Part shown: positions 45,683 through 54,610 of the stretch, piece after piece
Numbering within the stretch: position 1 is the first letter of the stretch
Layout of the letters: the number at the start of each line of letters is the position of its first letter
From: Candidatus Latescibacterota bacterium
GTDB lineage: Bacteria; Latescibacterota; UBA2968
DNA length: 64,000 nucleotides
NCBI GenBank assembly: GCA_965207885.1
Contig: OZ242311.1
Coordinates: forward strand, 3,136,001-3,200,000
Reading direction: 5' to 3'
Program-made: the position numbers and the translations under genes
Notes under the pieces: generated by a model
The model's database searches: none
What the model was told of the DNA's origin: nothing
The model's input: only the letters and a program-made list of their open reading frames with translations

Positions 45683-47183
45683 AGAGTGCCTCCAATCGCT
45701 TTGCACGTGCCACCACAAGCCGCCACTGTACCAGACCTAAGACAATGACCAGCAGCACGGGTAGCGCAATATTGAGGGTTTTTGCCGTGGTTCGAGTCGT
45801 ATCCTCCACAGTTTGCAACGGTCGCGTCGTAATCTCGCGCGATCTCAAAGCCACGAGGTCGCGGTCACCAATGAGCACATCTACCGCATTCATCACAAAA
45901 ATCCCATTGGATGGCACCTGTCCTCCTCCTCCGTCGAGTAGAAAATCGGTCGTAGAAACCAGCACCAATTGGCTCATCACATTTTCCAAACTATCTGAGG
46001 TAGCCGTCGCATAAACTCCCACTACCTTGCCCGGTTCGTTGAGCGATTGGAATGCCTGATTTTGAATGGGATTGAGATTGATAAACCCGGCCGCTGCACC
46101 CGAATGGTCCGATGTGACCAGCAAAGGCTTCACAAGGCGCGTTGAATCAGCAGTATCGTAAACAATCTCACTGGAAAACAGCATCTGAACTTGTTCCAGG
46201 CCACTGACTATTTCGTGATCGGGAAAAGATTGCAACACGGGAAAGAAAGGATACTCCACAGCCGAATTAAAGCGCAAAAACCCGCGCTGCTGAGATACTG
46301 TAACCGTGCCACAAATCCGGTCCATCACCAGGTTGTCAGCCAGGCTCACGCCAAATGGTTCGAGCACCTCGAAGATATTGGACTGAATGGGCGTCCCGCG
46401 CTGCGCCTGAAGGTCGCCATTGATCTTGCTTTGCGCCAAAAACAGATTGCCTCCCGAGTTGATATAGTTCCTCAGCGCACCGAGTGCATCTTCAGACAGA
46501 GAATCGACAACCCCATTGACGAGCAACATTTCAATATCGTCGGGCACGCCGGCACTCAAAAAGACCGAGCGCACGTCGTAGGCTTCCCGAAGTCGCGCAC
46601 TCACCCGCTCCATTGCCGGTGCCGAAGCCCCGGTATTCGCCACCCCAACTACAGAGCGGTTATCGTCAACCAGTTTTTTAATTCGCGTTGTAATCTCGTA
46701 TTCCAGTCCCGTGGTCGTTTGAATAACCGGCAACACCTCTCGTTTATCGCCGTAGAGCAGCACCATTCCCATATAAATGCGCTTTACCTCAAATTTGTCG
46801 TTTTCGAGTACCTGCAATTGCACGGGCTGAATACCGGATTTTTGCGCGTCAAGCGCTAATTTTTCATCGTCATCGGGTCTGTAAAACTCAAACCGAAAAT
46901 TGCCATCAGAATACGCGGCATATTCTTCCAGAATATCCTGCAAATACCGCCGCGTATTGCCGTATTGCCCGGGCAAATTTTCGGAAAAATAGACTTTAGC
47001 AGTCAAAAAATCGTCGATCTTCTCGAGTATCACCTTGCTCGATGGCGACAGCGAATAAATCTGATTCTCCGTCAGGTCCAGCCGAAAGAAAAAGTTACGA
47101 GAAACCAGATTGCCGAGTGCCACAAGCGCGATAGCAACGACAATAAAAATTACAAAGCTCTTTTTGGAATCAATCGCAGGCAT
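45675..47183 (-). CDS. GldG-family ABC auxiliary protein
   Basis: FFRLDLTENQIYSLS, VYFSENLP, LEEY, GIQPVQ, YMGMV, LEYEIT, FVMNAVDVL..LVALRSR. Confidence 0.9.
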   Translation of the reverse strand: MPAIDSKKSFVIFIVVAIALVALGNLVSRNFFFRLDLTENQIYSLSPSSKVILEKIDDFLTAKVYFSENLPGQYGNTRRYLQDILEEYAAYSDGNFRFEFYRPDDDEKLALDAQKSGIQPVQLQVLENDKFEVKRIYMGMVLLYGDKREVLPVIQTTTGLEYEITTRIKKLVDDNRSVVGVANTGASAPAMERVSARLREAYDVRSVFLSAGVPDDIEMLLVNGVVDSLSEDALGALRNYINSGGNLFLAQSKINGDLQAQRGTPIQSNIFEVLEPFGVSLADNLVMDRICGTVTVSQQRGFLRFNSAVEYPFFPVLQSFPDHEIVSGLEQVQMLFSSEIVYDTADSTRLVKPLLVTSDHSGAAAGFINLNPIQNQAFQSLNEPGKVVGVYATATSDSLENVMSQLVLVSTTDFLLDGGGGQVPSNGIFVMNAVDVLIGDRDLVALRSREITTRPLQTVEDTTRTTAKTLNIALPVLLVIVLGLVQWRLVVARAKRLEALYE

Positions 47184-47185
47184 GA

Positions 47186-47899
47186 CTACCTCCACTTCCG
47201 CATGTCAATAACGCGCACTGTAAGCGCCAAAAACAACCAGATCAGCGAGCCGAAATACACCAGATTGCGCGAATCTACAACCCCGCGCGACATATTGGAC
47301 AAATGGTAATCGACCGCCATAAACTGAAGGGGGCCAGCGAGGGCTGCAGGCACAAAAATCAGCAATTTGTCGAGCAGATAAAATCCCAACACGAATACCG
47401 CCGCGAGAATAAAGGCAACCACCTGATTATCCGTCAAACTGCTCGTGAATGTGCCAATAGCTGCGTAAAATGCACCCACCAGAGCCAGTCCCAAATACCC
47501 ACAGATTACGCCGCCGTAGTCGATATTTGTACCAACGGTCAAAAGCGTCAAGAAATGTATCAGCGTAAAACCCAACCCGGCCAACACCAGGGTAAAGGCC
47601 GACAAATATTTCCCAATCACAAGTTCAAAATTTTTAATCGGGAGTGTCGCCATCAACTCGTGTGTGCCCGCACTTTTCTCGCGTGCAAGTACTCCCATTG
47701 TGACCGCGGGTACGAAAATCAGATAAATCATCGGCGTAATATTAAATAGTGCCCGCATATCGGACTGACTGAACAAGAAGAACGTGTTGCTAAAGAAATA
47801 GCCGTTAAATAGGGCGAAAAATACCAGAAAAATATACGCCATGGGACTTTTGAAATACGCGCCGACTTCTTTGCGATAAATCGCTATCACATTATTCAT
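47186..47899 (-). CDS. ABC-2 permease (GldF-like)
   Basis: KEVGAYFKSPMAYI, PAVTMGVLAREKSAGTHELMATLP, GKYL, SSLTDNQVVAF, RGVVDSR. Confidence 0.92.
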   Translation of the reverse strand: MNNVIAIYRKEVGAYFKSPMAYIFLVFFALFNGYFFSNTFFLFSQSDMRALFNITPMIYLIFVPAVTMGVLAREKSAGTHELMATLPIKNFELVIGKYLSAFTLVLAGLGFTLIHFLTLLTVGTNIDYGGVICGYLGLALVGAFYAAIGTFTSSLTDNQVVAFILAAVFVLGFYLLDKLLIFVPAALAGPLQFMAVDYHLSNMSRGVVDSRNLVYFGSLIWLFLALTVRVIDMRKWR

Positions 47900-48836
47900 C
47901 GCCCCCTCCTTCCCCAGTCAATCCGCGGAACACATCTTCGAGGTGAACTTGTTTTTGTGTCATCTCCAAAATAGCCCAGCCACTGTTTTTGGCATAATCA
48001 AAAATCGCCTCGCGGGGATCCATCTCACGGGCGTATTCTATCGACAGAACACTGTGACCATCGACCACCTCTATATTTGCAACTTCGATCTCATCAACGC
48101 TGTTGGTCAGTTCGGCGAGGCTCTCTTCATTGGCGTATTTTACATCGAGCGTCAGTTGCGTGCGCCCCATAAATCCCGCCATCAACTCTTGACTCGTCCC
48201 ATTGGCCACAATTTCGCCGTGATCAATAATCACAATGCGATCCACAGTGGCTTCAATCTCTTGCAAAATATGGCTGGATATAATCACCATCTTCTGCTGA
48301 CCCAATTCTCTAATCAGGTTCCGAATCTCCACAATCTGGTTGGGATCCAGCCCGGAGACCGGCTCATCGAAAATCAACACCTTGGGATCGTGCAAAATCG
48401 CGGCAGACAGCCCGACGCGCTGTTTATAACCCTTTGAACACGCAGAAATGGGCAAATGAATCACATCGCGCAAACCACATTGATCAACCACGCGGTCCAA
48501 AGCCGTTTTGAACTCTCCGGCGTCTATACCGCGAACTTGAGATATAAACTCGAGATAGTCATACACTCTCATTTCCCCATACAGAGGATTCATTTCGGGC
48601 AAATAGCCGATTTGCTCGCGAATATCCAGCGAATGGTCCTGAATATTCAGGTCGTCTATAAAGACATTCCCGGCACTTGGTGCTAAAAAGCCCGTCATAA
48701 TTTTCAATGTTGTGGATTTACCCGCGCCATTTGCACCCAGGAACCCGACGATTTCCCCGTCGTCAATCTCAAAATCAATGCCCTTGAGTGCATGAATGTC
48801 GCCGTAGTACTTCTCCAAATTCTCAACTCGAATCAT
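47892..48836 (-). CDS. ABC transporter ATP-binding protein (GldA-like)
   Basis: GANGAGKST, CSKGYKQRVGL, DEPVSGLDPNQI, SSHIL, C-terminal LEDVF. Confidence 0.93.
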   Translation of the reverse strand: MIRVENLEKYYGDIHALKGIDFEIDDGEIVGFLGANGAGKSTTLKIMTGFLAPSAGNVFIDDLNIQDHSLDIREQIGYLPEMNPLYGEMRVYDYLEFISQVRGIDAGEFKTALDRVVDQCGLRDVIHLPISACSKGYKQRVGLSAAILHDPKVLIFDEPVSGLDPNQIVEIRNLIRELGQQKMVIISSHILQEIEATVDRIVIIDHGEIVANGTSQELMAGFMGRTQLTLDVKYANEESLAELTNSVDEIEVANIEVVDGHSVLSIEYAREMDPREAIFDYAKNSGWAILEMTQKQVHLEDVFRGLTGEGGGDE

Positions 48837-48972
48837 TCTGGAACTAACCTCCTGAAAAATGGGGAAGGACGACTAATTTTTCAAAACCAAAGATTTAAAC
48901 AAGTTTATGAAAAAAAATCAAGGAAAATTATAAAAAGAAGACAGCGATAAACACAGATAAAGATAAAAAGTA

Positions 48973-49007
48973 AAAAAAGGGCGTGCCCACAGGCCGCCCA
49001 TTTTTTT
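48973..49007 (-). terminator. Probable intrinsic terminator after the amidohydrolase gene
   Basis: GGGCG..GCC/GGC.CGCCC imperfect stem flanked by A and T tracts. Confidence 0.55.
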
Positions 49008-49009
49008 AT

Positions 49010-49034
49010 TTTACACTTTACACTTCACACTTCA
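49010..49034. repeat. Heptamer tandem repeat
   Basis: TTTACAC-TTTACAC-TTCACAC-TTCA adjoining the amidohydrolase stop codon. Confidence 0.6.
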
Positions 49035-49787
49035 TTCAATCCCATAAATCCGTCCCAAATTACCTCCGAAGATCAGTGCTTCCGCCTCGTCCCCCAATTC
49101 CAACCGCTGAATTGCCCGCTTGACCTGAATCGGGCGATATTCCGGCAAATTGGACCCAAAAACAATCCGTTCGGGTCCCAATTCTTCAACAGCCTGTTTG
49201 ACCTCATTCGGCACGGTTTCTTCGGGGTTAATAGCCCACAACTTGTGAAATCGCAGAATCGTTGTACCCAGATAAACATCGGGGCATTCACGACATACTT
49301 CAAGCGCTGTGTCAAACCCATCGGGAAAGCCCATGTGATCCATAATAATCGGCACACCAGGCACTTGTCGCGCCACATTGCCAATACGCTCGGCACTGCA
49401 GTTGTCGCGCCCAGAATGAATCGATACCACAATCCTCAGATCGCGCGCCGTCTCAACAAAAGGAATGACCATGGGATCATCCACATTGTATTTGTGAATA
49501 GCACCCATCAGCTTCACGCCCTGAGCACCGCGATCAACATACGTCTTCAATGCAGAAATTCCTTCTTCGCCCCAATGCGGATCCACGAGCGGACAGGGCA
49601 AAAGCTGGGGATGTCCCGCTGTCTTGTCGAGCAACCCATCATTATCTGGAAGGGGCCTGGTCTGCGGCATCACCACCGCCATCTCAAATCCCGCTTCGGC
49701 TTCGCATTCCAACAAAGCGTCAACCGTTATCTGCTGCCCATACCAATCATCTGTCAAATACGCTTCAAAATCTGCGGTAATCATCAT
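49032..49787 (-). CDS. Amidohydrolase family protein (TIM barrel)
   Basis: GAQGVKL, VSIHSG, IIMDHMG, VYLGT, LGPERIVFGSNLP, IFGGNLGRIY. Confidence 0.85.
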   Translation of the reverse strand: MMITADFEAYLTDDWYGQQITVDALLECEAEAGFEMAVVMPQTRPLPDNDGLLDKTAGHPQLLPCPLVDPHWGEEGISALKTYVDRGAQGVKLMGAIHKYNVDDPMVIPFVETARDLRIVVSIHSGRDNCSAERIGNVARQVPGVPIIMDHMGFPDGFDTALEVCRECPDVYLGTTILRFHKLWAINPEETVPNEVKQAVEELGPERIVFGSNLPEYRPIQVKRAIQRLELGDEAEALIFGGNLGRIYGIE

Positions 49788-49798
49788 GCCCTCCTTTA

Positions 49799-51553
49799 TT
49801 ACCGAATATCCATGGGTGTCATCTCCAAAACCTGTCGCGGCTGCCTCACTGTGCGCGCAAAGTGAAAAACGGGTTGCAACTCTGTAGTGAGTCTCTCCAA
49901 CGCATCGTCCCTGCTCAGCGTGCGGATCAACCCTTTTTCCATCACCTGTTCTATTAGCGTCTTTTCTTTGGGAAATACCACGAGATTGAGAGATGCATCA
50001 GCTTCCAATTCCAATGCCTCCCGAATTAGACGCATCGCAGTCTTCATGCCGCCCAATTCATCGACCAGGCCATGCGCTTTGGCATCCTCCCCAGTCCAGA
50101 TTCGTCCCTTTGCCACGGCGTGAACATCGGTCTGTGACATGTCGCGCCCCTCTGCTACCTTCGCCGTAAAATCTTCATAAATGCGGTCCAACCACGTCTG
50201 AAATTTCGCCCATTGCTCGGGCGTAAATTCTGCACCCGTGCCCCATATCAGCGCGTTTTCGCCTACCTGCGCCGTATCCCAGGTAATGCCCAGCCGTTCC
50301 CAAAATTCAGTTGTCACAAACTTTCCCGCTAATACCCCAATGGATCCCGTGACACTACCGGGTTGCGCCACAATTTTATCGGCATTCATCGCCACAAAAT
50401 ATCCCCCGGATCCGGCTACATTACCCATTGATACAACTACTGGTTTGTCGGCCTTCTTAGCTTTGGCAACCTCGCGCCAGATCGCATCTGAGGCAACGTA
50501 AGACCCACCGGGAGAGTCTATTCGAAACAAAATTGCATGTACATCCTTATCCTTCACAGCATCGCGAAAAGCTTTGGTCAACGTAGTTGCGCCCATTGTA
50601 GCAGACCCATATAAGGGATCGTAGGCACTCTTCCCGCGAAGCACAGGTCCCACGCCGTAGATCAACGCCACCTTTGTCCCTTCACCATAAGGTTTTTCAT
50701 CAATGCGCTTGAGATAATTTTTTATATCCAACCATTTGGTATCTTCGCCATGCTCGCGCTTCACCAGACCGTGCACCTCATCCCAATACGCCAGACTATC
50801 TACCAGGCCTTCGGCATGGGCAGATAAGGCCAAAAAAGGTCCGCGGTTAATGAGATCACGCACGGCTTCGGGCGTTGTACCCCGCGCCTGTGAAATACCC
50901 AGGACCATCTGATCGACCATCGACTTTAAAAGCGCTTCACTCGCCTCGCGGTGTGCGTCTGTAAATTTGGTTTCGGTATATAGGTTCATCGCATTTTTAT
51001 ACTCATACCGGTGATCCATCTGCACACCAATCCCAAGCGAATCCAATGTTCCCTTGACAAAAGGATGCTCCATCGCCAGTCCCATCAAGCCCACATCGCC
51101 CGAGGGTTGGAGATAGATGCGCTCAAATGCCGTCGCCAGATAATATCCGACATTACCCGCCCCGAATTCGCCAAATGTCTCGGCAAAAATCGCGGTGGGT
51201 TTTCCGCTTTTTCCAAAATCCAGAACCGCGTCTCTTATTTCCTGTGCCTGTGCAAATCCCATCGGCGCGCCGCCCCCACGAGCCAGCAATCCCACAACGC
51301 GATCATCAGTAGCCGCCGCGTCTAAAGCACCGACCACATCGCGCAGAGAGCGCACCTCATCGGCAAACAATTTTGCAAACGGATCTTCTGGCACATACTC
51401 CGCAACCCCCTGCTCCAGGTTGATCTCCAAAATTACCTGATCGGGTACGGGATCTTCGCCAGATAACAATACAACCAACGAGATGGTCAGGACGACCAGC
51501 CCCACTGTAATCCCGCCAATCCACGCCAAAATCCGACCTATTTTCTTCCGCAT
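49799..51553 (-). CDS. sppA: Signal peptide peptidase SppA (long form, peptidase S49)
   Basis: YYLATA, YEYKNA, RIDSPGGS, VSMGNVAGSGGY, TGSIGV, AKGRIWTG..A...GLVDELGG. Confidence 0.95.
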   Translation of the reverse strand: MRKKIGRILAWIGGITVGLVVLTISLVVLLSGEDPVPDQVILEINLEQGVAEYVPEDPFAKLFADEVRSLRDVVGALDAAATDDRVVGLLARGGGAPMGFAQAQEIRDAVLDFGKSGKPTAIFAETFGEFGAGNVGYYLATAFERIYLQPSGDVGLMGLAMEHPFVKGTLDSLGIGVQMDHRYEYKNAMNLYTETKFTDAHREASEALLKSMVDQMVLGISQARGTTPEAVRDLINRGPFLALSAHAEGLVDSLAYWDEVHGLVKREHGEDTKWLDIKNYLKRIDEKPYGEGTKVALIYGVGPVLRGKSAYDPLYGSATMGATTLTKAFRDAVKDKDVHAILFRIDSPGGSYVASDAIWREVAKAKKADKPVVVSMGNVAGSGGYFVAMNADKIVAQPGSVTGSIGVLAGKFVTTEFWERLGITWDTAQVGENALIWGTGAEFTPEQWAKFQTWLDRIYEDFTAKVAEGRDMSQTDVHAVAKGRIWTGEDAKAHGLVDELGGMKTAMRLIREALELEADASLNLVVFPKEKTLIEQVMEKGLIRTLSRDDALERLTTELQPVFHFARTVRQPRQVLEMTPMDIR

Positions 51554-51670
51554 AAAACCCTCCTGATAACCGGATTAAAATGACTTGTTGATATTGTTTG
51601 GACTGCAGTGAGACGCGCAAATATCTCACTGAGTTTCGACAAGTTAGTAATTCAAGACTGACCATACAAG

Positions 51671-51702
51671 AAAAAAAAGGGCATTTGAGAAAATGCCCTT
51701 TT
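51671..51702 (-). terminator. Intrinsic terminator after the DUF1854 gene
   Basis: AAAAGGGCATTT-GAGA-AAATGCCCTTTT with an 8-T tract on the minus strand. Confidence 0.8.
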
Positions 51703-51731
51703 GGGTAATGACGCAGATAGATGCCCTCACA

Positions 51732-52301
51732 TCACACAACCGATTCCAACAGCCCCTGGCTGCGGCGGTCCAGTGCCAGTATATCGGGCACCTCAAAGCG
51801 ATTGTTATCCACATCAAAAATCATCAATCGCGTTTCTCCCAGCCACTGCGCGTTTTCGGCGACGGACTTGGCTACAAAATCGCGCCTGCCCCGGTCTGTA
51901 TCGACGGTCCAGTACGTTACCCCGTATTCATTTTGCAACGCCACGATCTTCTGTATCTCCGCTGTCAAATACCGATTGTCCAGTTCTTCATAAACCAGAG
52001 CCTGGCTCTCTTCAGGCAAATCAGACAGGTCTTTGATCATGCAGATCGCTTCATCCTTGATATCCAGAATGCAAAAATAGCGATCTGGTTCTGTCAAAGG
52101 CGCGGCTCGCACCACTTTCACGCGGGTATAGGACCGATCTCCTTCAATCGTCATCCGCAAAACCCACTGTGGCTCCTTAAACAAGCGGATCTTACCCGGG
52201 TCAACCGATTCGGGATGCACCATCTCAATTGGTATTGGCTTCCATTCCTCTGTTTTTTCTTCAATCTCTTCCACTTCCATCTCCAGCATATCCGTAGCCA
52301 T
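51732..52301 (-). CDS. DUF1854 domain protein
   Basis: VKVVRAAPLTEPDRY, EELDNRYL, YWTVDTDRGRRDF, IFDVDNNRFEVPD...LDRRSQ; follows ABC exporters as is typical for this family. Confidence 0.85.
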   Translation of the reverse strand: MATDMLEMEVEEIEEKTEEWKPIPIEMVHPESVDPGKIRLFKEPQWVLRMTIEGDRSYTRVKVVRAAPLTEPDRYFCILDIKDEAICMIKDLSDLPEESQALVYEELDNRYLTAEIQKIVALQNEYGVTYWTVDTDRGRRDFVAKSVAENAQWLGETRLMIFDVDNNRFEVPDILALDRRSQGLLESVV

Positions 52302-52324
52302 CAAAATCTCCAATCAAAATTACC

Positions 52325-54604
52325 CTACTCCAACTCTATCCCCACCGCAGTCATAAACATATCCAGCGTCGTCTCTTGCTGTGTCTTGACCAGGCGATAA
52401 AAAATGCCCTCCCGGTCCATCAACTCACGATGCGTTCCGACTTCGGCGATATTGCCTTCATCCATCACCACAAGCCGATCCGCGCTACGAAGAGTTGATA
52501 AACGGTGTGCAATGGCGAATGTCGTGCGCCCCTCAATCAAACGCGCAATCGCCATTTGGATCTTCTTCTCGGTCGGTGTATCCAGCGAAGACGTGGCTTC
52601 ATCGAGAATGAGAATCCGCGGATTGTGCAAAATTGCCCGCGCGATAGACACCCGCTGTTTCTCGCCGCCCGACAGACGCCCACCGCTTTCCCCTACCCGC
52701 ATGTCATAACCATCGGGTTTTTTGACAATGAACTCGTGTGCTTCGGCTGCGATTGCTGCGCGCATCACCTCGTCAAAGGTCGCGTCTGGTTTGCCATAGG
52801 CAATATTTTCGGCTATCGTGCCGTCAAACAAAAAGGGCTGTTGATGTACCATCCCAATTTGCGATCGCAAATCGCGTAAATTCACATCGGTCATCGGCAC
52901 ACCATCCACCAGCAACCGCCCGCGGTCGGGATCGTAGAACCGACACACCAGATTGATCAGCGTTGACTTGCCAGCTCCCGATTTGCCCACAAGCCCAATC
53001 ATCTCGCCTGCTTTCACCTTCAGGTCAACCTCCTTGAGCACGGGCTTGCCGGGATCATAACCAAAAAACACGGACTCGAACTCCAGATGGCCCTCAATTT
53101 TGGGCAAGCGCACGGCATCGGGTTTTTGGTATGGCTCGGGTTCGGAATCAATCACTTCGAACACGCGCTGCGCACCGGCAAATGCCCGCAAAATATAACT
53201 GTAAAAATCGCCAAACCATCGCAGCGGTTGGTACAACATCCAGAGATAACTCATAAATGCGATTAACGCACCCAGCGTCAATTCACCGCCCAGAATCTGC
53301 CGCCCGCCAAAATACCACACAAAAAACACCCCCACGTTCATAAACAGGTTTGTCACGGTCCAAAAAACAAACCAGGCACGTTCCCCCCGGGTATCCACAT
53401 CGCGCAGATCCTCGTTGTATTGGTCAAAACGCTCGCTCTCCTTTGCTTCCTGTGCAAATGCTTTTACAACGCGAATACCGTGAATCGACTCATTCAACTG
53501 CGCCGATAGCCTGCCCCACTTTCCCGACCACTGCGTCCAGAAGGTCATAATGCGGTACCATATCCGTGTGCCAGCGAGCACAATTAGCGGAATAGGTGCC
53601 ACGACAAACAGCGTGAGTTGCCAGTTCATCCACGCCAGAAATCCCAGAATACCGACAAATAACAAACTGTTTGAAAACACAAAATAAAAATCATACGTCA
53701 TGATCACTTCCATGCGGTCCGTATCATTATTCATGCGAGACGTCAACGCACCCACTTTTCGCCGATCGTAAAAGCGAACGGGTACCATCTGAAACGCGCG
53801 GTAGAGATCTTCCCGCAAATCGCCAATAGCGCGCAACCCCAACGATCGACTCAGCGCAGCCATCACCACATCGACCCCCCAGATTAACAGCCGTATAATA
53901 ACAAGCCCTAAGATCAACAGTCCCAATCGATCATGGCGATCTGTTGACTCAATGAATGGAATTGCAACCGCGTCCCAGCCCGTTGTCAAAACACCGTCGA
54001 TCACATACTCCGTAATTTTGGGTGGCAACAGCGTAAATAAAGCGCTGATAAATGTCAGGGCTATGGTGGTGACCAGTCGCACGGGATAAGCGGCCATATA
54101 ACCCACAATGCGCCGAAACGTCTGCCACTTTTTTAAACACGCAGCACATACCCCATTTTTTTCGGGCAATCTCTTGCCACAATGCTCGCATTGCGTCTGC
54201 TCCAATTCTGTGGGCAATGTTAGCGGCTCATTGTCCTTCAACTGCCGAATTCCATCGGCCACTTCGGCAAACACAGCGGTAAGAGATGGCGAATAGGGGA
54301 CATGCATTTCAGGTCCTGCTTTGTGCGTCAACGCCAGGGCGCCCAACCCCACGCGCTCCTCCACTTTCACGTCTTCCACATCGCCAATCGCCATCGACTG
54401 CGTACCATCCACACCCGATTCGGGAATCACCAGTACCTGTTGATCGGTCACCACTACCCACTGTGGGTTGTAATTCAGGGACTCGTCCAGATCCGTTCCC
54501 ACCTGTATCAGCACAGTCTCGCCATTGGACTTTGCTGCACCCAGCTTCCTCGCCACGGATGGCGGGAGTTTTTCAATCAATGGCTTTCCTGGTACGTAAT
54601 TCAT
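52325..54604 (-). CDS. ABC exporter (TMD+NBD) with N-terminal soluble domain and CxxC..CxxC Zn ribbon
   Basis: CEHCGKRLPEKNGVCAAC; GIRVVKAFAQE; GKSGAGKST, LSGGEKQR, LDEATSSLD, IAHRLST. Confidence 0.92.
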   Translation of the reverse strand: MNYVPGKPLIEKLPPSVARKLGAAKSNGETVLIQVGTDLDESLNYNPQWVVVTDQQVLVIPESGVDGTQSMAIGDVEDVKVEERVGLGALALTHKAGPEMHVPYSPSLTAVFAEVADGIRQLKDNEPLTLPTELEQTQCEHCGKRLPEKNGVCAACLKKWQTFRRIVGYMAAYPVRLVTTIALTFISALFTLLPPKITEYVIDGVLTTGWDAVAIPFIESTDRHDRLGLLILGLVIIRLLIWGVDVVMAALSRSLGLRAIGDLREDLYRAFQMVPVRFYDRRKVGALTSRMNNDTDRMEVIMTYDFYFVFSNSLLFVGILGFLAWMNWQLTLFVVAPIPLIVLAGTRIWYRIMTFWTQWSGKWGRLSAQLNESIHGIRVVKAFAQEAKESERFDQYNEDLRDVDTRGERAWFVFWTVTNLFMNVGVFFVWYFGGRQILGGELTLGALIAFMSYLWMLYQPLRWFGDFYSYILRAFAGAQRVFEVIDSEPEPYQKPDAVRLPKIEGHLEFESVFFGYDPGKPVLKEVDLKVKAGEMIGLVGKSGAGKSTLINLVCRFYDPDRGRLLVDGVPMTDVNLRDLRSQIGMVHQQPFLFDGTIAENIAYGKPDATFDEVMRAAIAAEAHEFIVKKPDGYDMRVGESGGRLSGGEKQRVSIARAILHNPRILILDEATSSLDTPTEKKIQMAIARLIEGRTTFAIAHRLSTLRSADRLVVMDEGNIAEVGTHRELMDREGIFYRLVKTQQETTLDMFMTAVGIELE

Positions 54605-54610
54605 GTGAGC

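Noticed and set aside
51693-52400. 235-aa plus-strand ORF
   Set aside because: Antisense shadow of the DUF1854 gene with no motifs.
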